Source: Pseudonocardiaceae bacterium
GTDB taxonomy: Bacteria; Actinomycetota; Actinomycetes; Mycobacteriales; Pseudonocardiaceae
Reading direction: 5' to 3'
Assembly (NCBI GenBank): GCA_036268615.1
Contig: DATATV010000051.1
Span: forward strand, 22,759 to 86,758
DNA: 64,000 bases
The notes beneath the pieces are model-generated. The model ran no database searches and was not told the origin of the DNA. It saw nothing but the letters and a program-made list of their open reading frames with translations. This document shows, one piece after another, positions 48,676 through 55,931 of this stretch; within the stretch, counting starts at the first letter, position 1, and every line of letters starts with the position of its first letter. Position numbers and translations under genes: made by a program.

Positions 48676-49014
48676 ATGACCGAACCGGTAGCCGAGAACA
48701 CCATCCCCGTCACAACCGCCTACCACGGCCGAAACATGGACGGGAAGCTCGCCGCCTACACCGCGGTCGACGTGAACGACGCGCGACCGCGAGTCGAGGT
48801 ATCCGACCCGAACACCCGAGCCGTCATGATCGCGATCGCCGAACAGGGCGAGAAGCTGCGCCGTCTGCTGATCATTCTGTTCGTCTGGGTACCGATCGTG
48901 GCCGTGGCGATCTGGCTGGCCGTGACCCTGATCCTCGCGCACTCCCAGGACAGCGCGACCCCCACGAGCAACACATCATCATGCTCAGTGAGCTACGGCA
49001 GCATCGTCTGCTGA
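48676..49014 (+). CDS. hypothetical small membrane protein
   Basis: ATG at 48676 behind AGGAG. One TM LLIILFVWVPIVAVAIWLAVTLIL. No motif. Confidence 0.4.
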   Translation: MTEPVAENTIPVTTAYHGRNMDGKLAAYTAVDVNDARPRVEVSDPNTRAVMIAIAEQGEKLRRLLIILFVWVPIVAVAIWLAVTLILAHSQDSATPTSNTSSCSVSYGSIVC

Positions 49015-49096
49015 CCACTGGGGCTCGCCAGGTCCTGCGAGATCAAGCCCTCTACCCCCGGGCCCACCGAAGCTCCCACCTGCACTTTTCCCACTG

Positions 49097-49170
49097 TCGG
49101 GGTAGCCGGATTTGAACCGGCGGCCCCTCGCTCCCAAAGCGAGTGCGCTACCAAACTGCGCTATACCCCG
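49097..49170 (-). tRNA. tRNA-Pro (anticodon TGG)
   Basis: Reverse complement CGGGGTA-TA-GCGC-AGTTTGGTA-GCGC-A-CTCGC-TTTGGGA-GCGAG-GGGCC-GCCGG-TTCAAAT-CCGGC-TACCCCG-A folds as a 74-nt cloverleaf. Confidence 0.93.
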
Positions 49171-49254
49171 TACACGCCCACCACCGGGTGGTGCGCGTAC
49201 ACAGCTTAGCCTGAGGCGCTAGGCTGGGCGTGCGCCCGGGGGTCCTGGGTGCAC

Positions 49255-49328
49255 GCGGGTGTAGCTCAATGGTAGAGCCCCAGCCTTCCAAGCTGGTCAT
49301 GCGGGTTCGATTCCCGTCACCCGCTCCA
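49255..49328 (+). tRNA. tRNA-Gly (anticodon TCC), CCA encoded
   Basis: GCGGGTG-TA-GCTC-AATGGTA-GAGC-C-CCAGC-CTTCCAA-GCTGG-TCAT-GCGGG-TTCGATT-CCCGT-CACCCGC-T-CCA. Confidence 0.93.
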
Positions 49329-49665
49329 CGAACAGAAGCCCAGGCCACAGGGTGTCCACTGTGTACCTGGCCGTTTGCGTCGGTCGAGTCAGCCCCTCGT
49401 CCGTGCCCAATCCGTGCCCAACGCCCCTCGGTACCGGCAACCGCCGGTGCCCGCTCGACCCACTCGGCCAACGCGCGCCGGCCACCGGACGGCATGGCGC
49501 ACCGGTGCCCGATGCCGCAGAACGAGTGGCCATCCGCCCTGATCGTGGTTGTGCATGTCGTCTCCTTGGGTCGGGAACTGCGTCCACCCCAAATACGCAG
49601 CATCACCCCTGATTTGACGACCAGTCCACCCGATCGACTGACCAGCACGGCCGCCGTCCTCCGGT

Positions 49666-49793
49666 GTCACTCTGCTGTCACTGACGTTTCCGCTGGTCAC
49701 AGTGTGTTGAGTGACAGAGTGACAGTGACGACGTACCTCGGCCGTCACTCCGCTCGGCCCTGGACGGCCGGCGGCCCCGGTCACGAAGGTCAC
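49666..49793. repeat. cluster of nine GTCAC/GTGAC pentamers (includes tandem AGTGACAG-AGTGACAG)
   Basis: GTCAC at 49666, 49677, 49696, 49744, 49780 and 49789. GTGAC at 49711, 49719 and 49725. Non-coding stretch next to tRNA-Gly. Confidence 0.6.
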
Positions 49794-49825
49794 TCCGTGC
49801 CGGGGCCGACATCGTCAGGTCCTGG

Positions 49826-49993
49826 TCAAGAGACGTACTGCCAGGTACACCCTGTCCCGTGATGATCGCCCCAATGATCGCACGCCGCGAACTTGGTGCC
49901 CGCCTTCACGTGGTCTCTCGTCCCGTTGTACTGCGTGCATTCCACAGTGCCGTTTCTGGGCACCGTGTCGCCTGGTTTGTAGGTCTGTGCCAT
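49826..49993 (-). CDS. small Cys/His-containing protein (YjzC-like?)
   Basis: MAQTYKPGDTVPRNGTVECTQYNGTRDHVKAGTKFAACDHWGDHHGTGCTWQYVS. GGAG RBS 8 nt upstream. The KPGD.VP.NG pattern recalls the YjzC family. Confidence 0.5.
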   Translation of the reverse strand: MAQTYKPGDTVPRNGTVECTQYNGTRDHVKAGTKFAACDHWGDHHGTGCTWQYVS

Positions 49994-50166
49994 CGGACAA
50001 TCTCCTGCAATGTCGCCAGTGGAGCCAAAGGGCCTAACCTTGGTTACTCGCAGAGTGACCAACGACCGTTAGCCACATCACTGAAGATGTCCCTGTTCTG
50101 TCACTCCTGTTCTGGACAGCCAGCGGCCCCGCGGCGACATCATCGGCCAGCCATGGACAGAACCGA

Positions 50167-50442
50167 TTACGCGGCCTCTCCCCCGTCGCCACCGTCCACA
50201 CTGTCGCCGTGCTTTCCTTCCTTCCGAGCGGCCTCGATCATCAGATTCAGCGCATCCGCGATCCGCCGGTCTCGCTCGGCGGTCACGTGCTGGTAGATCA
50301 TCGCGGCGCGAATGCTCGAATGGCCGATGCGCGACATGATCTCTTTGAGTGTCGCACCGGTCTGTGCGGTCAGCGTGCCGCCTGTACGCCGTAGGTCGTG
50401 CAGATGCAGGTCCGGATTCGCGCCAGTCTTCGCCGGCGTGAG
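50167..50442 (-). pseudogene. tyrosine recombinase/integrase, C-terminal fragment only
   Basis: Translation LTPAKTGANPDLHLHDLRRTGGTLTAQTGATLKEIMSRIGHSSIRAAMIYQHV... carries the HxLR, GH and catalytic Tyr blocks. An in-frame TAG lies immediately upstream at 50443-50445. Confidence 0.7.
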
Positions 50443-50815
50443 CTATGTCGAGGCGCTGTCATGGCAGCTGTGCGGTATGGCACTCGATCCGAAGTTGGCG
50501 CCCGTTCAGCAGGTTTGGTCCTGATACTGAGCGGCCATCGCGTGGGTCGGAACTGTCATGTGCTGTCGCGGCCATCACGCTTGGTGTCTGAGCTGCGGAA
50601 ACGTGCGCAACAAGATCGTGACAGGTGTCATGAGGGCCTAACGGCCGACTAGAGCAGCTGGTCGAACGCGGGCATCGAAGCCTTCTTCGATCACGATCTG
50701 GCCGTCGTCAACGCTGGGCCAACCCGGCGTCGCACCTTCCGCCGCATGGATGGCGGACCCAGCCCTGACGAGACTTGCTTCCAGCGCCGCCCCATCACTG
50801 TCTGCGTCGATCGGC

Positions 50816-50837
50816 TTCGATTCGGTCACCCGATCCA
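50816..50837 (+). repeat. degenerate direct copy of the tRNA-Gly 3' end (putative attR remnant)
   Basis: TTCGATTC-GGTCACCCGATCCA versus tRNA TTCGATTCCCGTCACCCGCTCCA: two substitutions and one 1-nt gap over 23 positions, same orientation. Confidence 0.5.
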
Positions 50838-51015
50838 GCCACGCCCTTACCGGACCGACGGAGTGGGGCCCGAACACGGACCACGGCCTGGAGCAGTTAG
50901 CGCAGTCGCCCATCCGCACCTCGCAAGAGCACACCACAATGCGCGATAATCCAGCCTGCCTACAGCAGACGCCAGGAATGCTCGACATTGTCCATACCCA
51001 GGGGGTCGCCACGAC

Positions 51016-51870
51016 ATGCAGGTCGCATCGCTTTGGAAAACACTCGAGGAGCAACTTCTTCCAGTCTTCGCTGGATATCGCAGCCGCCTGTCCGAGTTGC
51101 CCATCGAGATCAAAGCTGATCGAACATTGCTGACCGAGGCGGATGTGGCCGTACAGAACCTGATCGTCCGTGAGATCCATCGCGTCGAGCCCGATGCCGT
51201 GATCATCGCCGAGGAAGACGGCCGTACGGATCAGAGAAAGGATGTAATCACGGCGTCTGGTCGGGTATGGGTGATCGATCCGATTGATGGAACAGCTGAA
51301 TTCGTCCGCCCCGAGCGGATCGAGTTCTGCTCCGTGGTGTGCTTGCTCGAGGACTGGCAGCCGGTCGCCGCATTTGTGCTCGGACCGGAACTCGGCGTTG
51401 GCCGGAGCCCCCTGGTGATACGCACGGACGCTGCGGCGGAAGTGTTGCTGTTGAACGAGGAGCCCGCGCCAAAACGAACATCGAGGAACGGCCCGGCATG
51501 GATCTCCGCCACCCGCAGTTCGGACGATCCCGTCCGGGCCTTCGATGACGTCGCCAAACAGGCGGGCTACCAACTCAAGAAACGGACCAGTTCCCAGACG
51601 CTGGACATGGTGCGTACTGCTGTCGACCTGACGGGCCACACCGAGCCCGCGCTACCGGCCTTCGACCTGTTCTGGCGGCGGCAGCAGAAGGTCTGGGATG
51701 GCCTCGCCGGGCTGTGCCTCGGTGCCAACGTGGGCCTGCGCAGCGTCGACGAGCGCGGCGAGGTGCTGCCGCTGGGGCCACAGTTGTTGAGTCAGGCTGA
51801 GCCGACGTTCGACTCGACGGTGATGGGGAGACCGGAGACAGTGTCCTGGTTCTTGGACGCGACACGGTGA
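51016..51870 (+). CDS. inositol monophosphatase / CysQ-family phosphatase
   Basis: Metal-binding IIAEEDG, signature WVIDPIDGTAEF and C-terminal WDGLAG, all family hallmarks. Confidence 0.75.
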   Translation: MQVASLWKTLEEQLLPVFAGYRSRLSELPIEIKADRTLLTEADVAVQNLIVREIHRVEPDAVIIAEEDGRTDQRKDVITASGRVWVIDPIDGTAEFVRPERIEFCSVVCLLEDWQPVAAFVLGPELGVGRSPLVIRTDAAAEVLLLNEEPAPKRTSRNGPAWISATRSSDDPVRAFDDVAKQAGYQLKKRTSSQTLDMVRTAVDLTGHTEPALPAFDLFWRRQQKVWDGLAGLCLGANVGLRSVDERGEVLPLGPQLLSQAEPTFDSTVMGRPETVSWFLDATR

Positions 51871-53132
51871 TGACCCGGCCAAACAACGATGTCCTCATAG
51901 ACGTAACGTCGTTGATCAGTGCCGAGGATTTCATAATCTCGCAAAATTACTCGGTCATGCCGGAAGACCCATTCGCCCGGCAGTGCTTCGTCGAGGTCGT
52001 CCAGTCCCTGATTTTCATGCCGCACGTCTACGTGGCCCATCCCGTCCTGCGCAGCCCGCGACCGGACGACTTCGGCGAGCGTCCGTTGCTGCTGCGGGCG
52101 CTCATGCGGGCCGGGATGCTACGCCCGCTACATCTGGACCGAGCCGAGCAAACGGCTGCGCAGCAGCTGGAGGACGCCGCGTTGGACGACCTCAAGAGCG
52201 CTCACGGCATGATCAGCATGGTGCGCTTCGTCGACCAGACGTTGGCCTGTGATCGGGCGAGTGTTGGCGGGCAAACAGCCATGTCTCAACGCCTGCGCCA
52301 GTGGAGCGGCTTCCAGGACCGGCAGGTACGTTCGACAGTGGGACATCACACCGACCGAATTCCGACCCGAGACGGAGTCGAGGAGGACGGCTTTGGTGAA
52401 TGGGCGCGGGCTGCCGCCGTGATCCTGAGTGGACCGCTGAAGGAAATTGCCCAACCAACGCAAGGGCAGTACGTCATGGCAACGCTCGCCCGAGGACTGA
52501 AGTACCAGGCGAGAGCAGATGCCAGCGCGGTCACCTACCAGTCCCATCCGATGCGCCGTGACTTCTCGCTCACCTTTGACCTGACTCGCGATGGCGTCAC
52601 AGGCAACGTTGTCCTCGGCGTCATCCAGGCCGTACGCGGTATCCACGCCTCGCTCACGGATGCCGGGGGAGCCAATGATTCCCACCGATTCGAACTGCTC
52701 CAACTGGAGCTGCCGCTTCTTGGTGGGAGGTTGTGGCCGCCATCGGAGACCGGGCGGCTCGACGACGATGAATGGATCGCCTTTGTCGTTGAGCGCATCA
52801 AGGACTACCGCATCCGCGCAACGGATCTGCGGCGCGCCGTCGAACTCTGCGTGACCGACGAGGACTATCTGCGCCTGGCTCGTGACATCGACGCAGTAAA
52901 ACGACAGCTACTGGAACGGCTTGGGCTGCGCCAAGTCGAACTGTCGGCGATGGAACGTGAACTGGTCGACTCCGTCGCCTCGGTGGCGCAGGCCGCGCCG
53001 GGGATACCCAAGGTCAGCGGTCTGTGGTTCGGCGCAAGAACGCTGGGCAAGAAATTCCGCTTCACGGGGCAGCCATACCAGAGGTTCCTGTACCGGGAGT
53101 TTGTTGATGCGTGGAAGCGAGCCAGCCACTAA
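51867..53132 (+). CDS. 421-aa protein of unknown function, translationally coupled to the IMPase-family gene
   Basis: Start overlaps the upstream stop (GTGATGA). No motif recognised anywhere. G+C lower than the backbone. Confidence 0.6.
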   Translation: MMTRPNNDVLIDVTSLISAEDFIISQNYSVMPEDPFARQCFVEVVQSLIFMPHVYVAHPVLRSPRPDDFGERPLLLRALMRAGMLRPLHLDRAEQTAAQQLEDAALDDLKSAHGMISMVRFVDQTLACDRASVGGQTAMSQRLRQWSGFQDRQVRSTVGHHTDRIPTRDGVEEDGFGEWARAAAVILSGPLKEIAQPTQGQYVMATLARGLKYQARADASAVTYQSHPMRRDFSLTFDLTRDGVTGNVVLGVIQAVRGIHASLTDAGGANDSHRFELLQLELPLLGGRLWPPSETGRLDDDEWIAFVVERIKDYRIRATDLRRAVELCVTDEDYLRLARDIDAVKRQLLERLGLRQVELSAMERELVDSVASVAQAAPGIPKVSGLWFGARTLGKKFRFTGQPYQRFLYREFVDAWKRASH

Positions 53133-53237
53133 CCGATTGCCTTCAGGCATGACGTTGCTGGTCGTGGGTCAGCGGCCTGCTTGCCCCACGACGAGACCGC
53201 CGAGCCTGACCGTAATTCGACCGGGCCAGCTCGCGCA

Positions 53238-53270
53238 ACGGGTTTCGGGCGACGGGTTTCGGGCGACGGG
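53238..53270. repeat. tandem 14-bp repeat ACGGGTTTCGGGCG x2 plus partial third copy
   Basis: Located in the convergent intergenic region between the 421-aa gene and the HhH membrane-protein gene. Confidence 0.7.
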
Positions 53271-53292
53271 AACGGTCAGACCTGAGGCGGAT

Positions 53293-54048
53293 TCAGGAGA
53301 GCAGGACTGCCCTGTCTCGGATGCTGTCCCAGGTGGTCGTCGGTAGGTCGGCTATGACCAGCAGCTCATCGACGTTGGCGAAGGAGCCGCCGTGGCGGCC
53401 TCGGGCTTCGACGATGGCTGCGCCTACCTCGGGCGGGATGCCGCAGACGTCGGCGATGGTGTGGGCGGGGGCGGTGTTCAGGTCGACCAGCCCACCGTCG
53501 TCGTAGGTTCGGGCCAGGTCGGGGCGGCCGACGTGGAGTTCGCGGGCCAGCATCGGGTCCTCCCGGGCCAGCTTTCGGGACTCCTCGCGGCGGGATCGGG
53601 CGGCCAGGATGGCCTGGACGGCGGGGTCCACCGCCGGAGCGTTGCTGATCAGGGCGCCTTCGTAGACCATGCGGCGGAGGGGGCCCAACTGGATGCAACC
53701 GACGATGATGACGGCGATCGCGAGTAGGCCACCGATCGTGCTGATGAGGCTGTTCGAGGTCGCCTGAGGCTGGCCTGCGGTGTTCTGCGGAGTCAGGGAC
53801 AGGAGCACGTAGATGACTACGTCGAGAGCGCCGTAGATCAGTGCCAGGAGGCGCGATTTCTTGGTACGCAACCGGTGGGCGGCGTGTACGAACGGGACCC
53901 AGGCGAACGTTCCGGCGGTGGCGATGAGGACGACGTAGTACCACCGGCCGGCTATCCGGAAGCCGCGGTGGACGGGCGGTGGGGTTCCCTGGGCGGGATT
54001 CTGCGGGGGTCCTGGGGCCCAGTTCCCTTGTGGGTTGTAGCTCTGCAT
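53293..54048 (-). CDS. 3-TM membrane protein with C-terminal ComEA-like helix-hairpin-helix domain
   Basis: Pro-rich N-terminus. TM helices WYYVVLIATAGTFAWVPFV, LLALIYGALDVVIYVLLSL and LISTIGGLLAIAVIIVGCI. C-terminal GGLVDLNTAPAHTIADVCGIPPEVGAAIVEARGRHGGSFANVDELL. Confidence 0.7.
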   Translation of the reverse strand: MQSYNPQGNWAPGPPQNPAQGTPPPVHRGFRIAGRWYYVVLIATAGTFAWVPFVHAAHRLRTKKSRLLALIYGALDVVIYVLLSLTPQNTAGQPQATSNSLISTIGGLLAIAVIIVGCIQLGPLRRMVYEGALISNAPAVDPAVQAILAARSRREESRKLAREDPMLARELHVGRPDLARTYDDGGLVDLNTAPAHTIADVCGIPPEVGAAIVEARGRHGGSFANVDELLVIADLPTTTWDSIRDRAVLLS

Positions 54049-54081
54049 CGCGTGTCCCGACCTTTCAGCTACTCGACGGGC

Positions 54082-55200
54082 TCAGCCCGCCATGTCGGCC
54101 CAGCCTCGGACGATCTCCAGTGCGGTGCGGATCGAGGTGATCCCGATTCGCGCCGGCCTTATCGAGTTCCGCATCGCCGAGTTCAGTACTTCGACCGGCA
54201 TCATGCGCGTCAGGAGCTCGGATATCGAATGCTCAACCGCGTCGAGTTCGTTCATACTGCCGGCCATCACCTTCAGTTCGCCGGCGAACTCGTCCTTCAT
54301 CTCCGGTGTGCCGAACTCCCTTACCAGCGAGTACAACGCGCGGATCGCCGAGTCCGCCTCGACCGCGCTGTTCTCCCATTCCCGGCCGATATTGCCGATT
54401 CGAGCACTGACATCCTTCATCTCCGGCGCCAGCGACAGCAGTATGGCCTGGCGGGAATCCTCCGGCGCGCTGTTGATCCGCGCGGTCGCGGAATCGAGCA
54501 CCAACTTCCACTCGACCATCGCGTCATACATCTCCTGACCGACGGCGGTCATGCGCTGCGCGGCCGCACCGAATGCCTGGACGTAGTCGAGCAGGCCGGG
54601 ATCATCGTCGTCGAACCGACTGGCGTCCGCGCCGGTCACCATGGCCGAGGCCGGTGGGCCGATCTCCTGGTCCAGGGATGACTCCGCCAGTTCGGTGGCG
54701 TCCACCAGCTTGTTGGCGACCGTGAGCATTGCTCGCCGCCAGGTTGCCGACGTCGTGCCCTCGATGGCCGCGTCTCGGAAGTCGAAGTACTGCCGTTGGG
54801 CGATGACCCGAGCGGCGATGTCGTCGCTGTCCTCGGTGATGTAACCCTGGCCCAGGACCAGAACCGGCAGTAGGAGGTCTGTCACACCGAGGTTCTTCGC
54901 GGCACTGTAGAAGGCGAGGATTTCCTCTCGACAGTATGAACGGTCGAAATACGTACGCGTCACCAGCGGCATGAACACCAGCGCGCCCTCGATGCTGGCG
55001 TTGATCTGTTGACGCCAGTCCTGGCCCCAGCCGATCGACTCCCGGTCGATGAAGACCTGAACCCGCCGACCACGGTCGCCGAAGCAGAGGCCCTCCAGGT
55101 CACGTTTGACGTTGTCCACGAAGCCGAGCATCTCGTCGTCGTTGCGCGAGTAGCTCAGGAAGCATTTGATCGGTGGCTGCTCGGTGGAAATCGCGCTCAT
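54082..55200 (-). CDS. TIR-domain protein with about 230-aa helical C-terminal domain of unknown function
   Basis: N-terminal KCFLSYSRNDDE...VQVFIDRESIGWGQDWRQQINASIEGALVFMPLVTRTYFDRSYCREEI fits the bacterial TIR_2 pattern, including a Glu after S-x-C (E92/E93). Confidence 0.75.
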   Translation of the reverse strand: MSAISTEQPPIKCFLSYSRNDDEMLGFVDNVKRDLEGLCFGDRGRRVQVFIDRESIGWGQDWRQQINASIEGALVFMPLVTRTYFDRSYCREEILAFYSAAKNLGVTDLLLPVLVLGQGYITEDSDDIAARVIAQRQYFDFRDAAIEGTTSATWRRAMLTVANKLVDATELAESSLDQEIGPPASAMVTGADASRFDDDDPGLLDYVQAFGAAAQRMTAVGQEMYDAMVEWKLVLDSATARINSAPEDSRQAILLSLAPEMKDVSARIGNIGREWENSAVEADSAIRALYSLVREFGTPEMKDEFAGELKVMAGSMNELDAVEHSISELLTRMMPVEVLNSAMRNSIRPARIGITSIRTALEIVRGWADMAG

Positions 55201-55320
55201 TACCTGACCTCGTCGCAGGACCCGCCCTCGGCTCGAACACTCAAACTTGTAGCACCGAGGGCCGACGTTTGATCAGCGATGAGGCGAATTGTCCTGCACT
55301 TGACCCGGAACTGTCCACAC

Positions 55321-55366
55321 GCGATTCAGGACAGCGCGATTCGGGACGGCGCGATTTCGGGACAGG
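55321..55366. repeat. three tandem 15/16-bp repeats GCGATTC(A/G)GGAC(A/G)G(C) upstream of the TIR gene
   Basis: GCGATTCAGGACAGC / GCGATTCGGGACGGC / GCGATTTCGGGACAGG, 121-166 nt upstream of the TIR start on the minus strand. Confidence 0.7.
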
Positions 55367-55394
55367 GTGACTCAGAGCAGCTAAGCGCGGAGGA

Positions 55395-55880
55395 TCATCC
55401 CTCGATCGTGAAGCCTGCCGTCTTCATGGCTTCGTCGAAGTTCACAGTCTTGTGTTGGATGCCGTTGAGCAGCCGAGGGATCGGCAGGTCCGCCGACGTG
55501 ACGGTCCACGTGGTGGCGTCGGGGGCGGTGTCGGCGTGGTCGTTGACCGGGGTCGGGTTCGGGAGGTAGACACGGTTGCCGTCCGCGGTCACCAGGAGGG
55601 TGCGCGTGACCGGCGTGCCCCGCCACAGCAATTCGGCCCAGAAGCCGCGGACCTTGGGGTCGGGGAAGTGCGACCACGCGGCCCATTCCTTGCCCCACTC
55701 CTCGCCCCGGTTGGCGTCCGCGCCCCAGGCGAGTGCCACGTCGAGGTCTGCCTTGTGGTGGGCCAGGTACTCGTACGAGCCGGCACCCAATCGCACGGGC
55801 TCGGCGGCCGACCTGTTGAGCAGGGCCCAGTCCGCCGGCTCGCTCTCGTGCACGAGGGTGATCAGCTCTTCGTAGCGCAT
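55395..55880 (-). CDS. 161-aa protein of unknown function
   Basis: Clean ORF, Trp-rich (WGKEWAAWSHFPDPKVRGFWAELLWRG). No motif recognised. Same strand as, and upstream of, the TIR gene. Confidence 0.5.
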   Translation of the reverse strand: MRYEELITLVHESEPADWALLNRSAAEPVRLGAGSYEYLAHHKADLDVALAWGADANRGEEWGKEWAAWSHFPDPKVRGFWAELLWRGTPVTRTLLVTADGNRVYLPNPTPVNDHADTAPDATTWTVTSADLPIPRLLNGIQHKTVNFDEAMKTAGFTIEG

Positions 55881-55931
55881 GGGGAGCAGTCTGGCCGCTT
55901 CCCGCTCGCTACGCCAGGGATGACGACCGGC

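Larger units (their letters stand above)
49329..50837. mobile_element. decayed integrative element at tRNA-Gly (integrase remnant plus degenerate attR-like copy of the tRNA 3' end)
   Basis: Bounded by the tRNA-Gly 3' end and a 22-nt near-copy of it at 50816-50837. Contains only a 91-codon integrase C-terminal fragment and one small gene. Confidence 0.45.

Noticed and set aside
49148-49862. ORFs 49148-49648 (-), 49230-49862 (+), 49297-49587 (-) and 49389-49793 (-) around the tRNA genes
   Set aside because: They overlap tRNA-Pro or tRNA-Gly, or the pentamer-repeat region. They have no RBS or motif support. I looked for an excisionase-like HTH in all frames and found none.
50029-50641. 10-nt repeat AGGGCCTAAC at about 50029 and about 50631, considered as element boundaries
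   Set aside because: A single 10-mer pair is expected many times by chance in 64 kb, and there is no supporting flanking similarity.
50638-51639. 333-aa minus-strand ORF overlapping the IMPase-family gene
   Set aside because: Most of it is antisense to an ORF with intact IMPase signatures. The non-overlapping 3' part (50638-50988, Cys-rich MSSIPGVCCRQ...) could conceivably be a small gene divergent from the IMPase gene. However, it contains the tRNA-Gly 3'-end-like sequence and has no RBS, so I did not call it.
55321-55366. Tandem repeats here and at 53238-53270 considered as a CRISPR array or minisatellite
   Set aside because: There are only 2-3 contiguous copies of 14-16 bp with no spacers and no cas genes. 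This is incompatible with CRISPR architecture.
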